From positions 1-64,000 of IMG/VR virus record IMGVR_UViG_3300025608_000011: 64,000 nt of DNA. One strand, 5' to 3'. Position 1 is the stretch's first letter. Each line of letters opens with the position of its first letter. The position numbers were made by a program, and so were the translations under genes. Under the pieces are notes generated by a model, which did not search any database, was not told the DNA's origin, and saw only the letters and a program-made list of their open reading frames with translations. Below are positions 47,001-54,439 of this stretch, one piece after another. This stretch comes from a virus. Lineage: Duplodnaviria > Caudoviricetes.

Positions 47001-49813
47001 TAGGCGGAACAAATACCACAGTGTTTACATTAAAATGGCCTATATCTTATGATGTTACTGCTATTGACATAAAAGTTAACGGTGTAGAAGTTTTACAAAA
47101 TAATTACACCTATTATAATAAAGAAGACACAAGCCTAGGATTTACTAGACAGCTAGGAGAAATAGAATTTACTACACCGCCTGCTAGTGGAAGTGAAATT
47201 GTTGTATCTTATAATAAAGACATCAGTGTTCTTTCAGCAGCTGATAGAATACAACATTACTATAATCCTACAACTGGACAGTTGGGCAAAGATTTACCAC
47301 AGTTAATGACAGGTGTAGACTACGGCGGAGTTGAAATTACAAGTTTCAGTTTTGCTGGAGCAGCAGGATGGATGACAGAATTAGATGGTTGGTATACCAG
47401 TACTTGGGATGACTATGACACAACTTATGAAGACGAAGTATTCCAATTAGATGGTAGTACTATTAGATTACAATTAAGTCAACCATTAGAAAACGGTGTT
47501 GTGTACAATGTTTATAAAAATGGTGTACGCATAGATGACGAAAACTATGGCACACAGGATCAAACTAATGCCAATGCATTGATGCCAAGTTTAACAGGTG
47601 ACGGCGTTACGGATTATCTAGACTTAGACGATTATGGTATTAGTTCTGCGTCTGACGATTTGTTTGTAGTAAGAAAAATTACCAGCGACGGATCTATTAC
47701 ACCAGATCCTACAAGTTATGATACTCAATTACAGGGCGGTGATCTTAATTATTCTACAGCAACAGGGCTTCGAGCAGAAGACATTATTGTAGACGGAGAC
47801 GGAATAGTAACTATAACTAATACTTCTGGACCAGAAGAAGTAGTTCCAGGACACGTTGTAGATACACTAGATATTAAAGTGTACGATCGCCCAGGTGACG
47901 GCTCTAGTAAAATGTATGTTTACACATTCAAGGTAGATCCTTATACTAGTGTATTCACAGTTGATAATCTTCCTGCAAATACAGCAAGTATATTTGCAAA
48001 AATTAATGATACAGTGATAAACACTAGTGACATAACACTTAATATGGCAAATAGTACAGTTACGTTACCTGAATCAGGAAATGGTATTATTACTGGAGAA
48101 AATCTAGTAAGTATTGTATTGATGGATCAAGCTGGAGCAAACATTTACGATATTGATGAATTTGTTGCAGAAGAAGCAGTTAATAACTATATTACTCAGG
48201 TTCCGTTTGCGGAAGACTTACAAGTGTATGTTACTGTAGCCGGTATACCTGTTAATGTTACATTAGTGGAAGCCGACGAAACATTCGGTGATGATCAAGG
48301 CAGATTAGTATTAAGATTTGATGAACCTCCGTTTGCTGGTAATATTATAAGATACAGTGTATTCGGCGCAGGAGATCAGTCATACAGTGTTGTTGCAGAA
48401 CAATTAGAAGTAGGCGACGGAAATACTGTGAACTTTGTATTAGACAATGTACCTTTATATAAATCTCCTGTAGAACAAAATATGCTTGTTTTTGTAGATA
48501 ATCTTGCATTAATAGCAGATTATAATGAAACATTTACTGTAAGTTCTACTAGAGAATATGTGCTAAGACAATATCAACAAGAACCTAGTACAATTGTAGC
48601 TGAAAATATTTCTGTTTTCTTAAACGACGAATTACTTACAAAAAATATTCAATATCGATGGAGCAGTGCAAATTCTAGTATAGAGTTGTCTACTGGCGTT
48701 GGTAATACAGGAGATAGATTAAAAGTTTACGTACACACCGGAGAATACACGGTTAATAATGGAACAATACAATTTAACACAGCACCAGCTCAAGATGCTC
48801 AAATAAAAATTGTAACGTTTACAAACCACGATTTACAAAACTTTGATAGATTTAATTTAGAAGTTGTTTCAAAAATTACACTAGATCCTAGTTTAACTGA
48901 TTACAACGAATATCGTAGCTTAACTAACGGATTGATCAAACTATCTGAAGCTGCAACAGATGTACAATATGTTTTTGTTTTAGTTAACGGAAGTAGATTA
49001 ACACCTAATGTTGATTATACACTAACTGATGATAGACAATATCTAAGAATTGAAAAAGATTTAACAGAAAATGATGTAATAGACATCCTACAAGTTAGAG
49101 GAACGCCGATATCTGGCAAGTTTGGATATAGAGTATTTAAAGATATGCTTAATAGAACACACTACAAGCGTCTTAACGATACATATAGATATACTCTTGC
49201 ACAAGATTTAAATTGGTATGACACTGCTATTGAATTAGATTCGGTAGAAGGATTGCCTGAACCAAACAAGGCAAAAAATATACCAGGTGTTGTGTTTATC
49301 AATGGCGAACGTATCGAATACTTTGTAATTCAAGATAATCGTTTAAGACAACTTAGACGAGGCACTCTAGGAACAGGTATCAAAGAATTACACGAAGCAG
49401 GAACCAGAGTTTACAATCAGGGTGTTACAGAAACTATACCTTACAAAGACGAAACAATTGTAGATACAGCTGAAAATACTGGCGGAACAACATATACAGT
49501 AAACTTTGATATTTCTAGTATAGATGAGTTAGAAGTTTTTGTAGGCGGTACTAGATTACGTAAATATGACATAAATGTTTATGATTATACCGTAGATCAA
49601 GATTCTCCGGCAGGAGATATAACATTACCTGCACAGTACAGTGTAGACACAGCAACTAATACAGTTACTTTAGTAGATGCACCAAATGCTAATGCAAGAA
49701 TCCAGTTTGTTAAGAAAACAGGTAAAACCTTTAGTTTACCGGGTGTTTCATTAAGAAATTCAGAATCTGAAGTAGCAAGATTTATAAGATCAGTAGAGGT
49801 GGACTTACCTTAA
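35069..49813 (+). CDS. Giant baseplate wedge/structural protein (gp7 position, 4914 aa)
   Basis: Uninterrupted 14.7-kb ORF following gp6. FLPKYFRT N-terminus, KPFRTKVRE motif, propeller-like and carbohydrate-binding-like repeats. Confidence 0.75.
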   Translation: MAYDNNQSDPALPVGDDENRESYNFLPKYFRTNFNKKFLASTLDQLLQPGVAEKVNGFIGRRITKAYTSDDNYVGDVSLNRINYQLEPAVLIEDTIGNTVFYKDYMDYINQLKNFKVDVDDHNKLNEQEYYSWDPLIDWDKFVNFREYYWLPYGPQTIGILGQSADVETEIQVIARDNADNKGYVFFPDGLTQNPNIRLYRGQTYTFTINTPGKPFYIKTASRAGEDFIYNDGVSEQGVEEGSITFTVDNDTPDLLYYVDENDPNTYGLFIVLDIDENSFINVEDEILGKLNYTSGNNIKLSNGMKVEFKGKVTPEIYGESAYYVEGVGAGIKLIPEKDLEIPNQFAADQLIPFDTNAFDRLPFGNAASYPAEKDYITINKSAVDGNAWSKYNRWFHKSVIEQSAEINGQPADLNQDARAKRPIIEFKSGVKLYNFGVKEKPAVDLVDTFTTDVFSTIEGSAGYNIDGVDISEGMRILFTADTDILVKNKIFEVKFITQQNSENIVDRRQIALITVDDTDPVEGETVLVKQGDENRGAMWHYTSGVWYKGQQKTRVNQPPKFDLFDANGENLKDSTTYPSSDFTGVTIFEYAQGTGTADTELGFPLTYRTIENVGDITFNWTLPNQEVRYQDNTQLQSAVYKTSESYLKVYDETLDFSYHNGWAKGFRKSYQPVLRQYVVDSTQTNLFEIDMYDSAGVLSDLEVKVFVDNDFKQDRIDYDIENINNRLYVNFNTDLDVGQKVVFRTKSSAPCNGNGYYEVPKNLERNPQNNDFTTATLGSINDHLNTMIDDLPGFSGEIFGVNNVRDLGDIAKYGNRFVKHSNTLPLTMFHVTNKEYNIKKAIDFVGNEYAKFKRQFLTEAETLGFDAAPAEMVDRILQNLTRDKDPSMPFYFSQMAGFANAVTRDYEVVDVDSVFFALSQPFDIQEISPRAVYVYQNEIQLTYGKDYTFDSEGFCIVNTEKQLGDRIVIKEFESTDGSYIPPTPTKLGIFPKYEPKIYVDDTYLSNTKVIQGHDGSIIHAFDDYRDDLVLELELRIYNNIKQTYNERLFNIYDIISSSDRNTGVSKQQIDSVLIPDFIAWAKLAGNIDYSTNVIFNEFNSFTYNYSSMVDPNDNVLPGFWRSIYKNYLDTDRPHTHPWECLGFSIMPSWWEDEYGAAPYTSNNLLMWEDIEQGIIRAPGVPAEENSKYARTNLTSYIPVDAQGNLLSPYNTGYAQGYVQKLAKAEWKFGDEAPAETAWRRSSHYRYSLLKAMLLNKPGELITKLFDLSRLKVNLADQIVHVDTEQPIKIQDLVFPNVYSDTARIATRGLVNFVSDYLNSDVVKSYEEYKTYCQNLDVKLGYKLGGYSDISKFNLVLDSRTPLNKGNVFVPQENYEIKFNTSSPIETITYSGVIIERTGAGYIVQGYDRTTSSFTVLEPITKTTDPTINVGGVTEEFIEWAEDQQYVAGLNVRYNSEYYRVKTQHVSEATFDIDKFAKLPFLPTVGGRDALFRRSFAERTLEVPYGTLFTEIQEVVDFLLGYQAYLELQGFAFDRFNDNLETVENWDLSVKEFLFWTTQEWGEGSLISLSPCASQIKFQKPYRIVDNIFDNFYDYSILDINGQPLDRRFISIARDGNEFTLTLKNTAAGIYSLQLPLVQKEHVLVLDSRTVFNDVLYNAELGYRQDRIFAIGYKSTSWDGSVNIPGFLYDEVVIQDWSPYTDYNVGDVVKYKEYYYISKFKNPGEETFNENEYIKLDEKPTSQLTTNLDYRTVQFADFYDLDTDNFDASQQKLAQHLIGYQKRDYLANIINDDVSQYKFYQGFIREKGTRNAFDKLFDVLGSSDKDSLEFYEEWAIKQGQYGVADGFEEVEYVLDESQFKAQPQAVEIVTLKPSNPLDLIYRVNDADTLVQPTNYNTAPFPTKYTQQEFSKTAGYVNMEDVDHSVYLYDDIINLNIDDVNVDNFIWVANKNNDWDVLKHVSTTIKISSIIADSTGMILNATRTVTGVSEGDVIGLYNAEDNDAFYKVVTVSNNVIIIDAEFAELETVNAFVSVFESVRLADYETIKTMQLTEEGNKFWIDSDSNGKWNVINQTKQFTELNKIENNAYYNSSTFENFGTSFDVDASNTWMAVGAPEDNKVYIYRRASDGANWFLSETLEPFSGFADTIDQFGISVAMSKDNQKLIVGAPKLSNAKSYYQGNFVETNQYTKNQIVTYKNTLWQAVRTIEPGLASQTFESFNFYENMAVQDSTALNLLIVGDNIFDGETTSHMLVVAPEDQYNGSKAGDRTVLRWNINSFINTFGYTPFAGAIPELETFVSGTHTIVDKIEQVIVVANTDNSVIAGDIVTSDTASGEVAYAREIFNSSIIYLKNVSGRFDETGRIDLANGLFVGEYAEQFRDVYNSTNGFWMINTPSYEIPTGDKIDEGKGLVFVDYLLDTDTRNAFDYYNILDKVADIGLQITLNDQASFLAQLTWEGDNNNLRRVYNNNFWTVRSDVDFASSKNIGDSFRIQVPGATNLPLARIDADYINDEHAIFDIWDGYIDFTFEEFDPETRDPFEPTPRYEYDSGSGTFVDNGSGTIVKDSTTGAEAEVMFYQRNFNDVRIYVKNVTGSWTDGGSYGEPSEIIYKDYVQAGALQPMGDIVGTSLANSNIGPLFVVRNPNEEFNLATVPTIVDGEYWFYDKTTVSGVPREPNIPSSNNNDWTQVYNIPLSDLGTTDQGYTDQGAYFVYEKSGTTFTLVGAYVVPETAQDLELGSSVKISINGDTTNIFVGARGGIGKLFFVKHTEELGYALDRDENYRGAFDSELFYRIGEIVVNSDTLYVAITNVSPGAFDANDWEEITTPVTYLGYLPSNAQVTIGDDTYYSIREDLDILRFADNFTVDTTGDVLVCAVSKQLTDSVTDETLVVYRKQDGKFILDQVIDADIADTRFGSSISLSPDGKTLFVGEPYNDVDKDEEGNVINTVANKGTVSVYELKDSGFDLTQRLISPNVEVDDQFGFKVHGLNDSVAVTSSRGDITLDTTFNVHSQLVEFSNLIYGTDYVLDKDSELSGQETLFDNGFTTFFKTNKNIGSVHVFEKVDTTYIPAQSLETDLEDMVGYGKEILFNNNHVYIANPTYTDSETYQGIVQDFRKERNSKCIEIIRSPIDMVDLEKIKGIFLYNTDTNQLIERLDFIDPIQGKIAGIADQNISYKVHYDPAVYSVGTTQVTVDELATWGERQVGQLWWNLSQGLWVNPYQGNTIYQTNTWNTLFEGTDVEVCEWVESNYLPSEWAELADTEEGLNEGISGQPKYGDEIYVQKSIFDSVSQTFSNKYYFWVSDKVIVPDLAPRTISCNEVENLIRNPHIQGYKFVSLLKDNKFIVHNCDGLLSDRDVAINFQYWTVDDTTRNIHSQYQIITEGLATSTPNRDIEQKWFDSLVGYDAYDRPVPDINLKAKQQYGVLNKPRQSMFVNKVEALKQLIERTNSTLKNYLIVDDYDLDRLFEKEAPPSISTNLYDLILDTEQELQFVGTARLKTAQLTPVIVEGSITRVDIVDPGRGYLVPPSYKVDGIGSGAVLEFELNSSGGIANVVVVSGGDKYTDETTVTLRNFSVLVNADSSARGRWTLSRWNFDLEEWEKITAQQYDTSQYWNYVDWYADTYSEFSKIDYIIDQSYELDFLESEVGDLVKINNVGTGGWLLLEQIDDQENVDYTVNFKTVGRQNGTIQFKNTLYDTAANKIGYDSDTFDLTFYDNLPITETRVILETLRDSIFVDELAIHYNELFFASVRYAFSEQNYIDWAFKSSFVKAKHNVGNLEQKINFENDNLENYEDFINEAKPFRTKVREFISSYESADTAQNFVSDFDLPPYYNESLRKITTRNFTYDNGTISSVSEGALSYPDLAWQENNKFQLVDIKIADSGNGYIQAPQVVFDVETTAKAVAYVSNGKVNAIEILDVGNGFTKTPVITIEGGLDEGGTAARAVAIIGDNVVRSARTVLKFDRIQGRYEINEIAETETFVGGTNTTVFTLKWPISYDVTAIDIKVNGVEVLQNNYTYYNKEDTSLGFTRQLGEIEFTTPPASGSEIVVSYNKDISVLSAADRIQHYYNPTTGQLGKDLPQLMTGVDYGGVEITSFSFAGAAGWMTELDGWYTSTWDDYDTTYEDEVFQLDGSTIRLQLSQPLENGVVYNVYKNGVRIDDENYGTQDQTNANALMPSLTGDGVTDYLDLDDYGISSASDDLFVVRKITSDGSITPDPTSYDTQLQGGDLNYSTATGLRAEDIIVDGDGIVTITNTSGPEEVVPGHVVDTLDIKVYDRPGDGSSKMYVYTFKVDPYTSVFTVDNLPANTASIFAKINDTVINTSDITLNMANSTVTLPESGNGIITGENLVSIVLMDQAGANIYDIDEFVAEEAVNNYITQVPFAEDLQVYVTVAGIPVNVTLVEADETFGDDQGRLVLRFDEPPFAGNIIRYSVFGAGDQSYSVVAEQLEVGDGNTVNFVLDNVPLYKSPVEQNMLVFVDNLALIADYNETFTVSSTREYVLRQYQQEPSTIVAENISVFLNDELLTKNIQYRWSSANSSIELSTGVGNTGDRLKVYVHTGEYTVNNGTIQFNTAPAQDAQIKIVTFTNHDLQNFDRFNLEVVSKITLDPSLTDYNEYRSLTNGLIKLSEAATDVQYVFVLVNGSRLTPNVDYTLTDDRQYLRIEKDLTENDVIDILQVRGTPISGKFGYRVFKDMLNRTHYKRLNDTYRYTLAQDLNWYDTAIELDSVEGLPEPNKAKNIPGVVFINGERIEYFVIQDNRLRQLRRGTLGTGIKELHEAGTRVYNQGVTETIPYKDETIVDTAENTGGTTYTVNFDISSIDELEVFVGGTRLRKYDINVYDYTVDQDSPAGDITLPAQYSVDTATNTVTLVDAPNANARIQFVKKTGKTFSLPGVSLRNSESEVARFIRSVEVDLP

Positions 49814-49837
49814 TAAATACGATGTCAAGGAATTAAA

Positions 49838-50440
49838 ATGGAAAAATTACAAGATTCACAGAGCTTATTGATACAAGGGCACATTCGGATTTTCGATCCA
49901 GAGAATGATGTTGAATATGTCAATAAAAGAAATGCAATCCATTATGAAAACATGAGTATAAGTCTTGCAGAAAGTGTAGCAAATGCTGGCACTAGCTGGA
50001 TTTATGAAATGAGTTTTGGAAATGGCGGAACTAGCGTAGACGAAACAGGTATAATTACATACCTAACTCCAAACTCTACAGGAACAAATGCAAGTTTATA
50101 CAATCAAACGTATACTAAAATTGTTGACGACAGGAGTGTTAACAATGTTGATCCTGTGCGTAATAAAATAGAAACAAGACACGTAAGTGGCACAAACTAT
50201 ACAGATGTAGTAGTAAGTTGTTTGTTAGATTATAGTGAGCCAAACGGCCAGGATGCGTTTGACACAGCAACGCAAAGTGATAGTTTATATGTATTTGATG
50301 AACTAGGATTAAGGGCATACGATCCTAGCGGTTCTGGTAGATTATTAACCCATGTAATTTTCCATCCTGTACAAAAGTCACTCAACAGACTTATACAAAT
50401 CGACTACACAGTGCGTATTCAGAGTCTATCGGGGGTATAA
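49838..50440 (+). CDS. Putative baseplate structural protein (200 aa)
   Basis: FGNGGT, FDELGL and LLTHVIFHPVQKSLNRLIQIDYTVRI. ATAAATA at 49813-49819. Confidence 0.6.
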   Translation: MEKLQDSQSLLIQGHIRIFDPENDVEYVNKRNAIHYENMSISLAESVANAGTSWIYEMSFGNGGTSVDETGIITYLTPNSTGTNASLYNQTYTKIVDDRSVNNVDPVRNKIETRHVSGTNYTDVVVSCLLDYSEPNGQDAFDTATQSDSLYVFDELGLRAYDPSGSGRLLTHVIFHPVQKSLNRLIQIDYTVRIQSLSGV

Positions 50441-50443
50441 TAA

Positions 50444-52555
50444 ATGGCATATACTATTAGTTTTACAAATGCGGTAGACAATGGCACTATAATTATAGAA
50501 GATGGAACTATTAATCAGGAAACAGATTTAAAATTTCCTGGTAGAAGTGTAACGAGCTACGGCGAAGCAATAGCAGAAAACTTTTTACATCTACTAGAAA
50601 ATTTTGCAAGTTCTACTGAACCTAGTAGGCCTGTAACAGGACAATTATGGTACGATACAAACGCAGCATCTCCGCAATTAAAAATTTACGACTCTACTCA
50701 ATTTGTTGCCGCTGGCAATTTAAAGAAAGGAGATACACAACCTGAAGCAAGTGCTAGTGTTGCTGGCGACTTATGGTCAGATACTGATAATCAACAACTT
50801 TATTTGTTTACAGGTGCAGGCTGGACTCTAGTAGGACCGCAATTTAGTGATGGACTAGCAACAGGAGCCTCTCCAGAAAGAATTATAGGTATAGATAATT
50901 TAGAGCACAGTATTATACGAGTAGAAGTAGATGCAGTTCCAGTTGCTATAATTAGCGGAGAAGCATTTACCCCTAAGACAACTATACCAGGATTTTCAAG
51001 TTTAAAAGCAGGAATAAATCTTAGTTTCAATACATTCGGAGCCAGCGGAATACCTAAAATAATTGGTACAGCAGAAAAAGCAGAAAATTTACTAGTTGGT
51101 GCAGAAACAGTATTAGCAAGTAACTTTTTAAGAAGCGATGTTATTTCTACTACAAATCAACAGCTTAGAATAAAGAACAACAGCGGATTATTAGTAGGTA
51201 GTGGAGGCCAATTAACTGTCGGCGTCGAAGGCGAGTCTGCAATTATTCAACATAACACAAGTGGAGCTGCAATTGATATAAGAGTTAATGACGAAGGCAT
51301 TAACAAAACTGTAATTAAAGTAGATGCATCTACTAATGTTGGTATTAATAATCAAAATCCAGGATACGCATTAGATGTAACAGGTACAATTCAAGCAAGT
51401 GATTCGTTACTTGTAAACGGAGTAGCAGAAAGTACAACATTTGGATCTGGAGCAATTGTAACCAAAGGTGGGCTAGGTGTTGCAAAAAATACATATATCG
51501 GCGGCGATTTAAATGTTGCAGGAGATACTACTTTTACAAACATTTTACCAGACGGTTCTCTTACTCGTGACATTGGAACACAATTATTAAAATATAGAAA
51601 TGTTTACGCTAACAAATTTATTGGTGATTTAGAAGGTGATGTAACAGGTACACTTTCCGGAACAGCTACTAGGGCAAATAGAATCACTAGTGCTACTACA
51701 TTTATAATCACAGGTGATATAACAGCAAATCAAATATCGTTTGATGGTTCGACAGGCGGAAACACAAAAACATTTACTACTTCTGTTGCTAATACGTTTA
51801 TTTCAGGAAAAAATCCTGTCGTAACTAATTTGTTCGATGACGAATTGTTAATTAATCGAATTTCTGGCAATGACACTGGATTAAAAAAGACAAGTACACG
51901 TACACTTTTAAATTTAGTCCCAGTTACTCCTCCAGGAACTGTAGTACCATATGCAGGAATTATTCCATCAGATGGTAGAGTATTATACAATGGCGGAATA
52001 TGGTTAGTATGCGACGGAAGAGAAGTGGACGAAGAAACCTACGAACTATTGTTCGACACAATAGGAACAGCATTTAAAGATAATCCTAGTGAAAATAAAT
52101 TTGGTCTACCAGATTTAAGAGGACGATTACCTTTAGGTCTTGACAATATGGGAGGTACTGCCGCAGGAGTAGTTACAGGCCAAAGAGCTGCAGAGCTAGG
52201 TAATAAAGAAGGCTCACAAGAAGTTACAATTGATATAGATAATTTACCAGAGCATGAACATACATTACAATCTGATGTCGAAGGAGATATTGTAAAACAG
52301 TTTTATGCAATGAGTAAAGATCCTAAGTTAAACGACGGAACAAGCCCGGCAGAATCAATAAGTCAGCCTTATACAATTGATTCTGCAGATGATAATCAAG
52401 GACAAGGATATCCAAGATCAGGCGGAGTTTTAGCTGATGTGATTCCCGATCCTGTCACAGGAGATACGATTAAAAATCTTGGCAATGCGTTAGATGTAAT
52501 GAATCCATTTTTAGCAATCAACTATATCATATTTACTGGGAAAATTGAATTATGA
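50444..52555 (+). CDS. Tail fibre-like protein with tail-collar domain
   Basis: PPGTVVPYAG..WLVCDG..LFDTIGT..FGLPDLRGRLPLG, HEH metal-binding motif and MNPFLAINYII C-terminus. Confidence 0.75.
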   Translation: MAYTISFTNAVDNGTIIIEDGTINQETDLKFPGRSVTSYGEAIAENFLHLLENFASSTEPSRPVTGQLWYDTNAASPQLKIYDSTQFVAAGNLKKGDTQPEASASVAGDLWSDTDNQQLYLFTGAGWTLVGPQFSDGLATGASPERIIGIDNLEHSIIRVEVDAVPVAIISGEAFTPKTTIPGFSSLKAGINLSFNTFGASGIPKIIGTAEKAENLLVGAETVLASNFLRSDVISTTNQQLRIKNNSGLLVGSGGQLTVGVEGESAIIQHNTSGAAIDIRVNDEGINKTVIKVDASTNVGINNQNPGYALDVTGTIQASDSLLVNGVAESTTFGSGAIVTKGGLGVAKNTYIGGDLNVAGDTTFTNILPDGSLTRDIGTQLLKYRNVYANKFIGDLEGDVTGTLSGTATRANRITSATTFIITGDITANQISFDGSTGGNTKTFTTSVANTFISGKNPVVTNLFDDELLINRISGNDTGLKKTSTRTLLNLVPVTPPGTVVPYAGIIPSDGRVLYNGGIWLVCDGREVDEETYELLFDTIGTAFKDNPSENKFGLPDLRGRLPLGLDNMGGTAAGVVTGQRAAELGNKEGSQEVTIDIDNLPEHEHTLQSDVEGDIVKQFYAMSKDPKLNDGTSPAESISQPYTIDSADDNQGQGYPRSGGVLADVIPDPVTGDTIKNLGNALDVMNPFLAINYIIFTGKIEL

Positions 52556-54402
52556 GTTATCAAATTAATAAAAGTGACGGATCTTTATTAGTTGATCTAA
52601 TTGATGGAATAGTAGATACTAATTCTACTGATTTAACATTAATAGGCAGAAACTATGTAGGATTCGGCGAACAGTTTAACGAAAATTTTGTAAAATTATT
52701 AGAAAATTTTGCTGCTGGTTTTGCTCCTAGTAATCCTATTAGAGGACAAATATGGTATGATACAAACAATGGACGTATTAAAGTATACAACGGTGAAGAT
52801 TTTGAAACTGCCGGCGCCCCTATTGTAAGTTCAGACACTCCTACTCTTACAGAAGGTGATCTATACATTAATCCGTTTACTAAACAATTGTTCTTTGCAA
52901 CTAGTCCTAGTTCAGGACCAATTCTTGCAGGTCCAATATATACTGAACAGCAAGGTGAAAGCGGATTTAAAATTAGAACAATAACTGATACACTAGAAAG
53001 AGAACGTACAGTTGCAGAATTATATCTCGCCGGACAATTAGTTGCTATTTTAAGTAACCAAGAATTTACACCTAATCCTAGTGCAAGTTTACCTGCAGAA
53101 CTTTCAGAGAATATTCTTAAAGGATTTAATTTTATAGATGAAACAGGATTCGTCTATCACGGTACTGCAAAACTAGCACAAAATGTTATCAATCAAGCAG
53201 GCGAAGTTATTAGTGCCGACCAATTTGTTCCAGCAGATAGAGCAGGAACAATGACAGGTACATTGTTTATAGATAATAATAATGGTTTAACAATTGGTAC
53301 AGGTTCTAATACATCTCTTAAAGTAAGTGGTACTAGGATAGTTTTAGAAAGTAGACTTAAAAACCAAGACTTTGCAGTAACAGTGAATGCTGAAGGTATT
53401 ACAAAAAATGCTATATTTGTTGATGCTCAGGAAGAAAGAGTTGGCATATTTACAGCTACTCCGTCACATACATTAGACGTAGAAGGTGATGCTAGAATTG
53501 CCGGCAACTTAATAGTTGAAGGAACTACTACAAGTGTTGATAGTACTATATTAAGAATAGCAGACAAAAATATTGAATTAGGTATTACAGACGATAGTAC
53601 TATGCTAACTGAAGCACAAGCAGATGGTGCAGGTATTCTTGTTAAAGTGCAGGGCGATGACAAAACTATAACTTGGGATTTTGGCACTGACGCCTGGCAA
53701 ATTAGTACGGATCTTAATATTCCAAATAATAAGGGATATTATATTGACGGATCCTTAATGTTAGATTCTACTACATTATACAATGTTACCAGTGCTCCTG
53801 CTGTAACAAGTGTAGGTGCATTAACTAATGTAACAGCTGGCTCTATTGAAGTAGGTGTAGATTCTGCTAATACTATTTCCACTACTTCGGGGGATTTAAA
53901 TTTAAATCCAACAGGTGTTATTAATGTTAACAATAATCAAATAACAAATGTAGCATCACCTAGCGGATCAACACATGCAACAAATAAAGGATATGTTGAC
54001 GATCTTCTAGCAAGTTCCCACGTAGGATTTAGTTTAGATGTTACAGGATTATCACCAGCAAATATTATAAGTGTTTTAAGCGATTTATATTCGCCCGCAG
54101 ATTCAGCAGTTGGTAGAACAGCAAGCATTCATACTACATCTCTTGCTGGAGCAACAGTTACAGGTATTGAGGTTACAGTTTCACAGCAACCTAATACTTC
54201 AGGAAATATTGTAGTTGCAACAACAGCAGTTGACAGTAACGGAACTAATAATAAAACAGTAATACAGTCAGTGTCACAAGGTACAGATGCAACAGGTTCT
54301 GTAAATGTAACTATTACACGTGATCTAAAACACTATATAGTGGTAGACAACGGTGGAACTAATGAGTGGCAGCTAACATCTGGACCAGCGTCTAGTGTTT
54401 AA
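52552..54402 (+). CDS. Tail fibre-like protein, paralog of neighbours
   Basis: Shared N-terminal GE..NENF..LLENFA..GQIWYD domain and HATNKGYVD motif. Confidence 0.7.
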   Translation: MSYQINKSDGSLLVDLIDGIVDTNSTDLTLIGRNYVGFGEQFNENFVKLLENFAAGFAPSNPIRGQIWYDTNNGRIKVYNGEDFETAGAPIVSSDTPTLTEGDLYINPFTKQLFFATSPSSGPILAGPIYTEQQGESGFKIRTITDTLERERTVAELYLAGQLVAILSNQEFTPNPSASLPAELSENILKGFNFIDETGFVYHGTAKLAQNVINQAGEVISADQFVPADRAGTMTGTLFIDNNNGLTIGTGSNTSLKVSGTRIVLESRLKNQDFAVTVNAEGITKNAIFVDAQEERVGIFTATPSHTLDVEGDARIAGNLIVEGTTTSVDSTILRIADKNIELGITDDSTMLTEAQADGAGILVKVQGDDKTITWDFGTDAWQISTDLNIPNNKGYYIDGSLMLDSTTLYNVTSAPAVTSVGALTNVTAGSIEVGVDSANTISTTSGDLNLNPTGVINVNNNQITNVASPSGSTHATNKGYVDDLLASSHVGFSLDVTGLSPANIISVLSDLYSPADSAVGRTASIHTTSLAGATVTGIEVTVSQQPNTSGNIVVATTAVDSNGTNNKTVIQSVSQGTDATGSVNVTITRDLKHYIVVDNGGTNEWQLTSGPASSV

Positions 54403-54439
54403 TATGAATAAATACATGTGTATATGGGGTTAAAGAAAC

